Assembly (NCBI GenBank): GCA_046483985.1
Contig: JAWOCD010000084.1
Span: 32,001 to 96,000, forward strand
Length of the DNA: 64,000 bases
DNA from: Promethearchaeia archaeon
GTDB lineage: Archaea; Asgardarchaeota; Lokiarchaeia; Sigyniarchaeales; SOKP01
Direction of reading: 5' to 3'
Each line of letters starts with the position of its first letter. Positions within the stretch are counted from its first letter, which is position 1. Positions 9,724-19,994 of this stretch are shown here, one piece after another. Position numbers and translations under genes: made by a program. The notes beneath the pieces are model-generated. The model was not told the DNA's origin, searched no databases, and was given only the letters and a program-made list of their open reading frames with translations.

Positions 9724-10731
9724 ATGACAAATAACGAAATGAAACTACCCGCCGATGAACCCACCCAATTAATGGTCAAATCAGAGGCGACCACTAATCC
9801 CAAGTACGGATGTAAGCCTCAAGAACGTGATTTAGAAACTTTATTAAAATATGGGGTTATCAATTTAGACAAAGTCAGTGGTCCCACGAGTCATGAAGTT
9901 GTTGCTTGGTTGAGAAAGATCTTAGATATCTCAAACACGGGTCACGGAGGAACATTAGATCCCAAAGTAACGGGAGTATTACCATGTGCACTGGGAAAAG
10001 CAACCCGGGTACTTTCGGCATTACTATCTGCCGGGAAGGAATATGTGGGAGTAATGTACCTCCATTCAAAAGTGCCAGAAGATAAAATTAAAAAAGCTTT
10101 TAGGATCTTTTCGACCGAGATTTATCAACGCCCGCCCATGAAATCGTCTGTTGCCCGAAAATTAAGGAAAAGAAATATTTATTATACAGAAGTTATGGAA
10201 ATTAGAGATCGTCTCGTGTTGTTTCGGGTGGGATGCGAGGCAGGGACTTATATTCGAAAACTATGTACTGACATTGGAGAAGTACTTTTATCCGGGGCCC
10301 ATCTCGAAGAGTTGAGGAGAACAAGAGTGGGAACATTCACGGAGGAAACTAACCTAACTACCCTCCAAGATGTTAAGGATGCTTTCACTATCTATCGAAA
10401 TGAAGGGGATGAACGATATTTAAGAAGATTAATATTCCCTATGGAGAAAATGGTGGAACATATGCCAAAAATCGTGGTAAGAGATACAGCTGTAGATGCT
10501 TTATGCCATGGAGCAGATCTAGCTTCTGCAGGTGTTGTCTATATTGATGCCAGAGTTGAAAAGGGAAAAAAAATAGCACTTTTCACACTAAAAGATGAAT
10601 TAATTGGATTTGGCATTGCAAAAGAAAAAGCAATTGATATTTATAAGGCTAAGCAAGGAATTGTGGCGGAGTCCCATAAAATTTTCATGAAACGGGGAAC
10701 ATATCCTCGTTGGGATGCTGAGATTAAATAA
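9724..10731 (+). CDS. cbf5: H/ACA RNA-guided pseudouridine synthase Cbf5
   Basis: GPTSHEV, GHGGTLDPKVTG, GTYIRKLC, C-terminal PUA domain. Confidence 0.96.
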   Translation: MTNNEMKLPADEPTQLMVKSEATTNPKYGCKPQERDLETLLKYGVINLDKVSGPTSHEVVAWLRKILDISNTGHGGTLDPKVTGVLPCALGKATRVLSALLSAGKEYVGVMYLHSKVPEDKIKKAFRIFSTEIYQRPPMKSSVARKLRKRNIYYTEVMEIRDRLVLFRVGCEAGTYIRKLCTDIGEVLLSGAHLEELRRTRVGTFTEETNLTTLQDVKDAFTIYRNEGDERYLRRLIFPMEKMVEHMPKIVVRDTAVDALCHGADLASAGVVYIDARVEKGKKIALFTLKDELIGFGIAKEKAIDIYKAKQGIVAESHKIFMKRGTYPRWDAEIK

Positions 10732-10761
10732 ACAATAAAATCTACACAAAAAGTTTTACTT

Positions 10762-11412
10762 ATGACGAATAAAGATCACAAGCATTATTCTTCAAAATAT
10801 CCCGATGTCCCATTGGAAAAGCATTCGATTTCTGCGAGCCTTCGAAAGCATCTATTCATGTTTAAAACGCTCACGGGCGTCTTTTCCTATGAAAAACTCG
10901 ACCTTGGGACAGAGATCTTAATCAAGCATCTTATTATTCCAGAAAGTCCTGAAAATCTCCTTGATCTAGGATGCGGCTATGGGCCGATTGGGGTAGTGTT
11001 AGGGTATGAAACTTCCACAGCAGAGATTTTTATGGTCGATATTAACCGGAGGGCAGTTTGGTGCGCAAAGGAGAATATCAAAGTCAATCTTCCCCAAGAT
11101 CGGGGCCGTGTAAAGGCTCTTGCGGGGAATTATTTTGAACCTTTTAAGAACAAGGAAATTAGATTTGACGCAATCTATATGAATCCCCCCATCCGAGAGG
11201 GACGGGAAGAATTTTTTGAGGTTATTGAGGAGATTACCCATTATCTTAAATCTGATGGATTTTTTCAATTTGTAATAAGAAAAAAATTAGGGGCATCTTA
11301 TGTGACTAAGTATTTAAGAAAAACATATCCCTCATTTAAAACGGAAATTATAGCTAAACGAAGCGGATATTGGACATCTGTTTTTTATAAAAAAAAGCAA
11401 AAAATCGAATAG
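10762..11412 (+). CDS. Class I SAM methyltransferase, RsmC/MTS-like
   Basis: GVFS..LDLGT, LDLGCGYG, NPP motifs. Confidence 0.88.
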   Translation: MTNKDHKHYSSKYPDVPLEKHSISASLRKHLFMFKTLTGVFSYEKLDLGTEILIKHLIIPESPENLLDLGCGYGPIGVVLGYETSTAEIFMVDINRRAVWCAKENIKVNLPQDRGRVKALAGNYFEPFKNKEIRFDAIYMNPPIREGREEFFEVIEEITHYLKSDGFFQFVIRKKLGASYVTKYLRKTYPSFKTEIIAKRSGYWTSVFYKKKQKIE

Positions 11413-11523
11413 CCTCTGGGGAGAAAAGATTAATATTTAAAATGTGTGATTTAACCGTAAAATTTTTTAGAAAAGGTACTTTAAATATTCTAACTGTGAG
11501 TAAACAAAAAAGAGGAACTATTC

Positions 11524-11781
11524 GTGGCTAAAAATAAAAAGATTGATGTGCTTAGTCATACATTAGTGCCTAAGCATACCATTTTAACTAAGCAACAAAC
11601 AGAAGAATTACTAGAGAAATATCAAATTTCTCTGCTAGACTTACCTCAGATGTTTGAAAAAGACCCGGTTGCAATAAGTATTGGTGCGAAAGAAGGAGAC
11701 GTAGTGGAAATTGTGAGGGAATCAAACACCACAGTTAAGCAGGTTAAATATTATAGGTATATTAAGAAGGAAAAAGTCTAG
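11524..11781 (+). CDS. rpoH: RNA polymerase subunit Rpo5 (H)
   Basis: HTLVPKH, LPQM..DPV, GDVVEIVR. Confidence 0.96.
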   Translation: MAKNKKIDVLSHTLVPKHTILTKQQTEELLEKYQISLLDLPQMFEKDPVAISIGAKEGDVVEIVRESNTTVKQVKYYRYIKKEKV

Positions 11782-11831
11782 TCACTATTTTTTTAAGATA
11801 GACTCTTATAAGAAATTAGAGATCAGAAATC

Positions 11832-14800
11832 ATGTTAACTAATAAAGAAAAATGGACCGTTTTAAAAAGTCTTTTTGATGAAAAGGGACTTGTTCGACAA
11901 CATCTAGATTCTTATAACGATTTCATTGAGGTCAAAATGCAAGAAATCGTTGATGAATCGGGCGAGGTCGTTCCAGATATCCCCGGATTTAAAATAAGGT
12001 TCGGAGATATTCATGTTGGTCATCCAAAAGTACGCGAAGCCGACGGAGCCACTATGGAAATTACTCCAATCGAAGCACGAATAAGGGAGTTAAGTTATGC
12101 TGCAGATATTACTTTAGAAATGACACCAATTACTATCGATGAGCGAACCCAACGTGAAGAAGAGGAAAAAACACTTCCCATTTATATTGGAAAACTGCCC
12201 ATCATGCTGAAAAGTTGTCGATGTCCTTTAGAAGATCTTTCCGAAAAAGAATTGATAAATCGAAGTGAAGATCCATTAGATCCAGGCGGATATTTTATCA
12301 TCAATGGAACAGAAAGAGTGTTAGTAACTCAAGAGGATTTAGCTCCTAATAGGATTCTTGCCGAAGAAGCAAGCAGAAGTTCAAGCGCAACACATCAAGC
12401 GAAAGTCTTTTCGACAAGAAGTGGATTTAGGGCACCGGTAACCATAGAGCGAAAGAAGGACGGAAATTTGCGCGTTTCATTTCCATCAGTCCCTGGAAAA
12501 ATTCCACTTGCAATTTTAATGAGAGCATTAGGATTACATTCAGATAGGGAAATATTTGAATCCATCTCAGAGAATGAAGACATTCAAAAAGAATTAATGC
12601 CCATTATTGATGTTGCTTCAGAAATACAAGTTTTAAAAGACCCAAAAAAATCTCAAGAAAATGCCTTAGATTATATTGGAAAACGTGTTGCGATTGGACA
12701 AACAAAGGATTATCGTATTAGACGGGCTTTACAAGTATTAGATAGATATCTGCTACCACATATTGGGAATGATGAAGAAGATAGGATCAAAAAAGCCTAT
12801 TACCTTGGTCAAATGGCTCAGAAAGTAATGGAACTTAGTTTAGAGATCAGAGATGCTGATGATAAGGATCATTATGCCAATAAACGCTTGAAATTAGCGG
12901 GAGAATTATTTACTTCCTTATTTCGAGTTGCTTTTCTTAATTTGGTAAAAGATATTAAATATCAATTGGAAAGAACGGCAGTAAGGGGGAGAGCCCCAAA
13001 CATTAAAACTGCCGTAAGAGCAGACGTAATTACGGAGCGGATAAGGCATGCATTAGCTACAGGAAATTGGGTCGGAGGAAAAGCGGGAGTTAGTCAATTA
13101 TTAAACCGAACCAATCAAGTTGGAACATTAAGCCATTTAAGACGTGTGGTTTCCCCATTAAGTCGGAGTCAACCACATTTTGAAGCAAGAGACTTGCATC
13201 CCACTCAATGGGGTAAAATCTGCCCCGCAGAAACTCCTGAAGGTCCAAATTGTGGATTAGTAAAAAACCTTGGTTTAGCATCGATTATTTCGGTGGGCGA
13301 AGAGGAAAAAATCATTGAAAATATTTTGATTGATTTGGGTGTTATTCCAATTAATGAAGTAACGGATATCAGAGGAAATAAAGTCAAGGTATTTTTAAAT
13401 GGGAAATTAATCGGCTTTCATCAACGTCATAATCCGTTCATAAGACAATTGAGAGAAAAAAGGAGAAAAGGGGAAATTGGACAGCATGTTAATATTGGTT
13501 ATTATCATGACTCAAGAGAAATTCAAATTAATTGTGATGCTGGGAGAGCCACTCGACCTTTATTTGTATTAAAGGACAAGGAAGTATTGATCACGAAAGA
13601 AGATATCCAGAAATTAGTTGATGGAAAATATATCTGGTCTGATTTAATACGCAAAGGACTAATTGAATATTTGGATGCAGAAGAAGAAGAGAATGCGTTC
13701 ATTGCAATGTTTGAAGAAAACATTACAGAAGAGCATACTCATTTAGAAATTTCTCCTGCTGCAATATTAGGAATTTGTGCATCGATTATCCCTTTCCCAG
13801 AACATAATCAATCACCCAGAAATACCTATGAAGCGGGAATGGTTAAGCAAGCTTTAGGATTATTTGCAGCTAATATGCATTTACGGTTAGATACACGTGG
13901 ACACACACTTCATTATCCTCAACAACCGCTGGTAAAAACAAGCCCTATGGAAATAATTGGATTTAACAAGCGACCTGCAGGACAAAATTTCGTTGTTGGA
14001 ATGATGAGTTTTGAAGGATACAATATCGAAGATGCAATCATTATTAATAAAGCATCTATAGAACGAGGATTAGCCCGCAGTCACTTCTTTAGGACTTATG
14101 ATGCAGAAGAAAGAAAATATCCTGGAGGAGAGGTTGATAAATTTGAGATTCCGGAGCGTGGAGTTAGAGGTTTCAAATCTGCAGAATCTTACCGCCTTCT
14201 CTCCGAGGAGGATGGAATAATTGAGCCCGAAACAGAAGTCAGCGGAGGGGATGTATTAATTGGAAGGACTTCGCCCCCTCGATTTATCAAGTCCTACGAA
14301 GAATTTGAACTAATGCAACCCAACAGAAGGGAAACTTCAAAAAATATGAGACACAACGAAGAAGGGATTGTTGATACAGTCATAATTTCAGAAACTGTTG
14401 ATGGAAATAAATTAGTGAAAATAAAAGTAAGAGATCTTCGTATTCCTGAATTAGGAGACAAATTTTCTTCCCGGCACGGACAAAAAGGAGTATTGGGGTT
14501 AGTGCAACCTCAAGAAGATATGCCTTTTACCAGTTCTGGGGTAATTCCTGATATCATAGTTAATCCCCATGCTATGCCTTCGCGGATGACATTAGGACAA
14601 TTATTTGAGGGTATTAGCGGAAAGATAGCATGTAATACCGGAGAATTGGGTGATGCAACTGCTTTTGAGTGGAAAGATATTACGAAACTACAAGAAAAAT
14701 TGGTTGAAGCAGGATTTGAGTTCAATGGTCGAGAAATGATGTATAATGGTATTACTGGCGAAAAGTATGAAGCTGGGATTTATTGCGCACCCATTTATTA

Positions 14801-15191
14801 TCAAAAATTGTATCATTTAGTTGCCGACAAATTACACGCACGTGCACGGGGTCCTGTTCAGATATTGACAAGGCAACCAACAGAAGGAAGGGCCCGTGAG
14901 GGAGGGTTAAGATTTGGAGAAATGGAACGAGATTGTTTAGTAGGACATGGATCGGCCTTATTATTAAAGGAACGATTATTAGATGAGTCAGACAAAACAA
15001 CCATTTTAGTTTGTGAAAAATGCGGGTTATTGGCCGTTTATGATAGAAATAGAGACAAACGATATTGCCCTGTGTGCGGTGAGGGGACGACAATCTCTAA
15101 AATAGTATGTTCTTATGCATTTAAATTGTTACTTCAAGAAATGATGTCGCTCGGACTGGCTCCTCGATTAAAATTAAAAGAAAAAATTTAA
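11832..15191 (+). CDS. rpoB: RNA polymerase subunit Rpo2 (B), unsplit
   Basis: ETPEGPNCGL, GDKFSSRHGQKG, GGLRFGEMERD, C-terminal Zn clamp. Confidence 0.99.
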   Translation: MLTNKEKWTVLKSLFDEKGLVRQHLDSYNDFIEVKMQEIVDESGEVVPDIPGFKIRFGDIHVGHPKVREADGATMEITPIEARIRELSYAADITLEMTPITIDERTQREEEEKTLPIYIGKLPIMLKSCRCPLEDLSEKELINRSEDPLDPGGYFIINGTERVLVTQEDLAPNRILAEEASRSSSATHQAKVFSTRSGFRAPVTIERKKDGNLRVSFPSVPGKIPLAILMRALGLHSDREIFESISENEDIQKELMPIIDVASEIQVLKDPKKSQENALDYIGKRVAIGQTKDYRIRRALQVLDRYLLPHIGNDEEDRIKKAYYLGQMAQKVMELSLEIRDADDKDHYANKRLKLAGELFTSLFRVAFLNLVKDIKYQLERTAVRGRAPNIKTAVRADVITERIRHALATGNWVGGKAGVSQLLNRTNQVGTLSHLRRVVSPLSRSQPHFEARDLHPTQWGKICPAETPEGPNCGLVKNLGLASIISVGEEEKIIENILIDLGVIPINEVTDIRGNKVKVFLNGKLIGFHQRHNPFIRQLREKRRKGEIGQHVNIGYYHDSREIQINCDAGRATRPLFVLKDKEVLITKEDIQKLVDGKYIWSDLIRKGLIEYLDAEEEENAFIAMFEENITEEHTHLEISPAAILGICASIIPFPEHNQSPRNTYEAGMVKQALGLFAANMHLRLDTRGHTLHYPQQPLVKTSPMEIIGFNKRPAGQNFVVGMMSFEGYNIEDAIIINKASIERGLARSHFFRTYDAEERKYPGGEVDKFEIPERGVRGFKSAESYRLLSEEDGIIEPETEVSGGDVLIGRTSPPRFIKSYEEFELMQPNRRETSKNMRHNEEGIVDTVIISETVDGNKLVKIKVRDLRIPELGDKFSSRHGQKGVLGLVQPQEDMPFTSSGVIPDIIVNPHAMPSRMTLGQLFEGISGKIACNTGELGDATAFEWKDITKLQEKLVEAGFEFNGREMMYNGITGEKYEAGIYCAPIYYQKLYHLVADKLHARARGPVQILTRQPTEGRAREGGLRFGEMERDCLVGHGSALLLKERLLDESDKTTILVCEKCGLLAVYDRNRDKRYCPVCGEGTTISKIVCSYAFKLLLQEMMSLGLAPRLKLKEKI

Positions 15192-15221
15192 TTCTTTTAT
15201 TTTTTATTTCGCTTATTTTTT

Positions 15222-15662
15222 CTAGATTAATCCAAATTGCATCATTATGTATATTTCTGGCACCAACGAATACAGAATATAAAGCATAAATAAAGTCAGG
15301 AGGGCAACCCACATGCTAGATTCCCAAGTCAAATCTATAAAAACTTTTAAAAGGAACAAAACGATCAAGAATCCAATAATAGACACTAAATTTCCTAAGT
15401 AATTTCGTCCGCCCCCGTCCAAGGCATTACGTAAGTTCGCTAATATGTCTCCTAAAGTATTTAATATGGTCCCGATTACTCCCAACACAAAGGGTAATAT
15501 TAACACACAGATAAGCGCGACCAAGAAGATCATAAACTTCTTATCATTTGCTTTATGTTCACTTTCAATAAGCCTCACCGCTAAATAGATAATTAAAGTA
15601 AGAAGAACGGTTCCTATGATTATCCAAACAAGAAGCATTATTGAATCCTTTTGAAATAACAT
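15222..15662 (-). CDS. Membrane protein (about 4 TM)
   Basis: Four hydrophobic segments. Confidence 0.75.
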   Translation of the reverse strand: MLFQKDSIMLLVWIIIGTVLLTLIIYLAVRLIESEHKANDKKFMIFLVALICVLILPFVLGVIGTILNTLGDILANLRNALDGGGRNYLGNLVSIIGFLIVLFLLKVFIDLTWESSMWVALLTLFMLYILYSLVPEIYIMMQFGLI

Positions 15663-15770
15663 TTTTACTAAATCACTCTCTTTCTAATTTTAAATTAATT
15701 TAATTCAAATCTCTATATAATTTTTTTCTTTATTTTATTAATTCTATCTTTAGAATTTAAAGTCAAATAC

Positions 15771-16077
15771 TTAGAAATAAAAATTAGAATAATCGTGAAT
15801 TGAAGTATTTCTATATCCTTTTTTTTCAGCCAGTGAAATATTGATTTCTTTTAATCTATAGATTAGTTCCTCGTTATCAAATATTTGTCTCCGTTTTTCC
15901 ACGCAACAAATAGGATGAATGTTTAATGAATAAATTGAATGAGCACTTTTATCAAGTTTGTGGCTCATATGATTCTCTTGATTACTAACATAAGAGAAAA
16001 ACAACAATAAAAATATTAGCATACAAAATTCATCCCCGACCTAAAGGACGGGGACTTCTTTCGTTATAAGTTATAAG
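15771..16077 (-). mobile_element. tnpA: IS200/IS605 left-end hairpin plus truncated tnpA (Y1 transposase) remnant
   Basis: From ATG 15968, SAHSIYSLNIHPICCVEKRRQIF resembles the TnpA N-terminus but lacks HUH and the catalytic Tyr; upstream hairpin TCCCCGTCCTTTAGGTCGGGGA (16033-16054) preceded by TTTAA. Confidence 0.85.
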
Positions 16078-16116
16078 TTAAATGGCGCAACCATTCCCTC
16101 AACTGAATTCTAAGAT

Positions 16117-17103
16117 TTATAATTCAGCCTCATAGGACTCTTCTTCTTCAATTTCTTGGTTTATTTTCTTCTTCATTTGGGCTTCTTTAAATGCTTTATA
16201 GCGACGTTTAATATTTTCATGACGTATTTTCCAGAAGGCTAGTCCGATCGCTATTAATGTCGCTATAATCAGTAAAACTGCGAGCCAATTGTTTTTGAAA
16301 TAATTTTCCAATGCTGTAAATCCCGTTTCGTCTGGTTCCTCCGATCCTTGGGTAAAGTCGGCATATTCCTCTAAAATAGAGGTAAATGTATTATTCCCCC
16401 AAATGTCTTCTTCTTCTTTATTCTCTTCATAGATATGGGTAACCGATTTCATTAGGATTCCCGTATTTTTTTCAAAATAATAATCTGCCAAAATGTCTGC
16501 ATCCCATTCGTCTCAAGCTACTATATAATCTGGGGGGATTGTATCATTGAGGTTAAACTCAACCGCTTCATAGGAGTTTCCTTCCAAGTTTATGTTGGTT
16601 GTTCCATTATACTTAAATTTAAATTCTTTATACCTGTCGTAGAGCAAAATAATTTCGTTTATCAAGAAAGACTGATCTTCCGCTATATTCTTCTCGCAGA
16701 AATATGATGGGTGGGTAGATGATAAGTCTCCATCCAATTCGGGTCGTTGGTATACCTCTGATATCTCTCTGGTATTGTTAGAAACGAGGTATCTAAAATC
16801 GTAAGTGATACTATAATCATCTTCGCAAGTTCCGTCATAATACTGTGCCTTAAATTGTAACTCAGTGTCCCAATCGCCGTTTTCTTCGAAAACAATATCG
16901 TATTCTAAAATCGATAAATAAGATTTATCTCCAGAAGGCTTAGAGCTTTCATATGTCTGGCTTAAAGAATATTTCATGGAAATTCTATTTTGGTAATCGT
17001 TTGTAAGGGATTCTGGTAAAGCAGCTGAGACATGTATCGGAAAGAACAAAGTAGCTCAAAATAAAACCAATGAAATAAAGACCATCTTTTTTTTCCTAGT
17101 TAT
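16117..17103 (-). pseudogene. Secreted, C-terminally anchored protein interrupted by two in-frame TGA codons
   Basis: ORFs 16513-17049 and 16117-16491 are in one frame (..YIVA*DEWDADILADYY..); upstream signal-peptide-like TRKKKMVFISLVLF*ATLFF after a GGTGA RBS; C-terminal TM plus basic tail. Confidence 0.75.
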
Positions 17104-17260
17104 ATAATCACCAAGAGGATATTATTTAGAATCTATACTAAAATCATCTTTTCTATAATATTAAATATTATCATACCATTTGAATGTTAAATCAAAATAT
17201 CTTGAATAAATTTTCGATTAGAATTATTCTAACGAAAGGACGCTTTTTTAGAAAGAAGTT

Positions 17261-17548
17261 CTATAAACCAAAATGCAATAAAAAGAAGTGAAGACTAAAC
17301 CCAAGAAATATTGAGGCGATAGTTATACTAAGAACAGAAAGCTTAATTGAGATTTCCCTTCCATATTTTGTATAAAGTACCAAAACAGTTAATGCAATAA
17401 TGCCAATTACTAAAAAGATCCATGCAAATACATACAATACCAGATTTGGACCTTGAAATGCCTCTTCTGGGGGAGCCTCTTGATTATCTCCTCCAAATTG
17501 ACAAGGGACAATGACATTTAATAACCACATGAAGACCGCTAAGAACAT
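17261..17548 (-). CDS. Small membrane protein
   Basis: 95 aa, 2-3 hydrophobic helices. Confidence 0.65.
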   Translation of the reverse strand: MFLAVFMWLLNVIVPCQFGGDNQEAPPEEAFQGPNLVLYVFAWIFLVIGIIALTVLVLYTKYGREISIKLSVLSITIASIFLGFSLHFFLLHFGL

Positions 17549-17718
17549 GTTAGATTTGAATATGTTTTATTTTTTTTTAAGTTTATCCATTTTATGGAAG
17601 TTTACATCCAAGTTCAAACCCATTTAAATACATTTATAGGATAAAATTTAAAGATATGAATATTTAGAATAATTATAGACTTAACTAAATTAAATATAGA
17701 AATTAAATTTGAATAACA

Positions 17719-18498
17719 ATGCATTTTCTAAAAAAATTAGTCAACAATCCAAATCTTGAAAATCCGGCAAAGGAACACATGGATATTCATCGTCACTTTT
17801 ATCGATACTCCCGTGGAGAATTTATTGGGCCTGCCTTTTATATTTGGAGAACAAGTACCCGGATAAGATTAAAGGGAAGTTATGAATATGAGGATCTATT
17901 GCAAGAATTAGTCGCTAAAACTTTACCCGATGGGGAAGAAGTTGAAATAGAAGGTACAGTCTATGCTGCTAAAGATTTAAGTGAATTATTGCATGAATTA
18001 GGTTTTGAATGGGATATGTATAAATCGAGCGGAAAAGCAAAGAATTATAAAGCAAAATTTGAAGATGAAGGCGTAAAACAGCAGATTTTGAACGCGATTA
18101 AAAGCCTTAGAGATGTAAGCTATTTCCTGCTATCATTCAAGGCAGATAAGTTATGTGAAGTCGATACCAATAAGAGGTTACCACAACCTTCAAAGAAGAA
18201 ACCTGCAGATGATGATATCAACAAGAGATTAAAGTTTTGTAATGGCACGATTGATAATACCGATAGAAATGCTGAAATGGCGATTGACATGGCATTATCA
18301 GACTTCAAAGATGACATCCCAGAGGATTGGAGTAAGATTATTTTAACAAATACTTATGAAATAAATAAGATAAAAATCCCGAAGGATGTGGAAAGCTCAC
18401 GAATGATGAGAATAATGGCAATTCGAGAGGGAGTTTTAACGAGAAATGCAGATATCGACGGAAATGTTATTCAAAAACAATACAATATTGTTGTTTAA
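17719..18498 (+). CDS. Conserved archaeal hypothetical protein
   Basis: 259-aa ORF with HRHFYRYSRGEF N-terminal motif, upstream of tfe. Confidence 0.7.
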   Translation: MHFLKKLVNNPNLENPAKEHMDIHRHFYRYSRGEFIGPAFYIWRTSTRIRLKGSYEYEDLLQELVAKTLPDGEEVEIEGTVYAAKDLSELLHELGFEWDMYKSSGKAKNYKAKFEDEGVKQQILNAIKSLRDVSYFLLSFKADKLCEVDTNKRLPQPSKKKPADDDINKRLKFCNGTIDNTDRNAEMAIDMALSDFKDDIPEDWSKIILTNTYEINKIKIPKDVESSRMMRIMAIREGVLTRNADIDGNVIQKQYNIVV

Positions 18499-18600
18499 TT
18501 TTATTTATATTTTTTTAAATCGTTTATTTTAAAAATTATAATTTAATTATTTATATATATATTATTTAAGGGGATCGTAATTAACAAATTAAACAGTTTA

Positions 18601-19164
18601 TTGAAAAGCTTTCTTTATATTGTCGGAGATGAGATTGCAATAGAAGTGGGGAAAGAACTTGTCAAGGCGGAAAACGAGGATATAACAGATGAAGAAATTA
18701 CTGAAAATATTAAAGATAGAATTGCTGATAAGGGCATTGATTATGAACCAGATGAAGAGGAAATTCTTAAATTAAATACCGTCCGAAAAACCTTATACAA
18801 ATTATATGACGAAAACCTTGCGCAATTCCGTCGAATTCGGGATAAATCAACTGGTTGGTTTATTTATTATTGGTGGCATGAATTTGATTTATTGGAAGAA
18901 ATTCTATTTGATAAGAAGAAATTAGTGTTAAGGAAATTGAGAGATAGGCTCCGTTCGGAAGAAAACAACTATTTTTTCGTATGTCAGGAGTGTAAAAAAG
19001 ATAATCCAGCAGTTCAAAAATATAAGTTTGAGGAGGCATTTGATCTTCAATTTAAATGTCCAGAGTGCGGATCAAAGTTAGAAGCGGAAGATAATGAAGA
19101 TATCATTCAATTTTTAAAAGAACAAATTGTATTTATCGAAAAAGCTGATATCACAACCAAGTGA
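18601..19164 (+). CDS. tfe: Transcription factor E alpha
   Basis: TDEEI, LNTVRKTLYKLY, GWFIYYW winged helix; CQEC...FKCPECG ribbon. Confidence 0.93.
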   Translation: MKSFLYIVGDEIAIEVGKELVKAENEDITDEEITENIKDRIADKGIDYEPDEEEILKLNTVRKTLYKLYDENLAQFRRIRDKSTGWFIYYWWHEFDLLEEILFDKKKLVLRKLRDRLRSEENNYFFVCQECKKDNPAVQKYKFEEAFDLQFKCPECGSKLEAEDNEDIIQFLKEQIVFIEKADITTK

Positions 19165-19168
19165 TGTA

Positions 19169-19744
19169 TTATCCTTCTTCTTTTTCTTTCTTCTTGATAA
19201 AGGCAATATCTCCCAGTGATTGACCGTTTCCTCGTTTAAGAAACTTTTTTCGTTGACTAGCCGTCAAGTTGACATTTGTGTCCTTTTTTTGGAGCAATCG
19301 TACATTATATGTATCTTGGATTTTTTTCGCTAACTGTATGGTAGGTTTCATTCGATTTGCCTCCATTCTTCTTATGAGTGATGGTTTTTCATTTAATTTT
19401 TTAGCAAATTTCTCTTGATCAAGATTTTTCGAATTCCGTACTTTTCTTATTTTTTTAGCATAATTAGGTACAACTTCCAAATTTTTTAATGTATTTGAAC
19501 GAGATCTTCTCTTTTTTTTTGCAGATTTTTTATATGTTTTTCGTTTTGAACGGGTTCTCCTTTGTTTTTTTCTGAGTTGCTGTTTTAACTTATTTTTTGC
19601 AGGTGCTTTGTTTCCTTTCTGGGCACAGCTTGAACAAACTCTAATACGTGCCCCTTCAATCATTATTTCTTCTCCGCCTCCCCAGATGACCCCATCACAA
19701 ATTGGACATTTTTTCTCCTCTTCTTCAAAAAATCCTCGCGGCAT
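19169..19744 (-). CDS. mbf1: Multiprotein bridging factor aMBF1
   Basis: CPIC..IEGA..RVCSSC ribbon plus HTH (QEKFAKKLNEKPSLIRRME), SLGD tail. Confidence 0.9.
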   Translation of the reverse strand: MPRGFFEEEEKKCPICDGVIWGGGEEIMIEGARIRVCSSCAQKGNKAPAKNKLKQQLRKKQRRTRSKRKTYKKSAKKKRRSRSNTLKNLEVVPNYAKKIRKVRNSKNLDQEKFAKKLNEKPSLIRRMEANRMKPTIQLAKKIQDTYNVRLLQKKDTNVNLTASQRKKFLKRGNGQSLGDIAFIKKKEKEEG

Positions 19745-19994
19745 TTTTTAACCTCTTTCCTAAATTTTTTAGAATTAATAATTATTTTGTAGCTCTTCAA
19801 GATCTTTTATATAATATAATGTATAAAATTTTTTATGAAGTGTTTTTTATTTAAAGCAAGGAATTATATATATGAGTAAAAAAATAAATTTATATGAGTA
19901 AAATTCGTTATAAAGTTATGAGCTAAGTATGTAATCTTCTAAAAAAATATAATTTTAAATCAAAAATGGGAATTATAATAGAGGAATTATCCTT

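Noticed and set aside
16060-16116. SECIS candidate downstream of the TGA-interrupted ORF
   Set aside because: Only a small AATGG/CCATT hairpin and the IS end; no convincing UGA/GA kink-turn core
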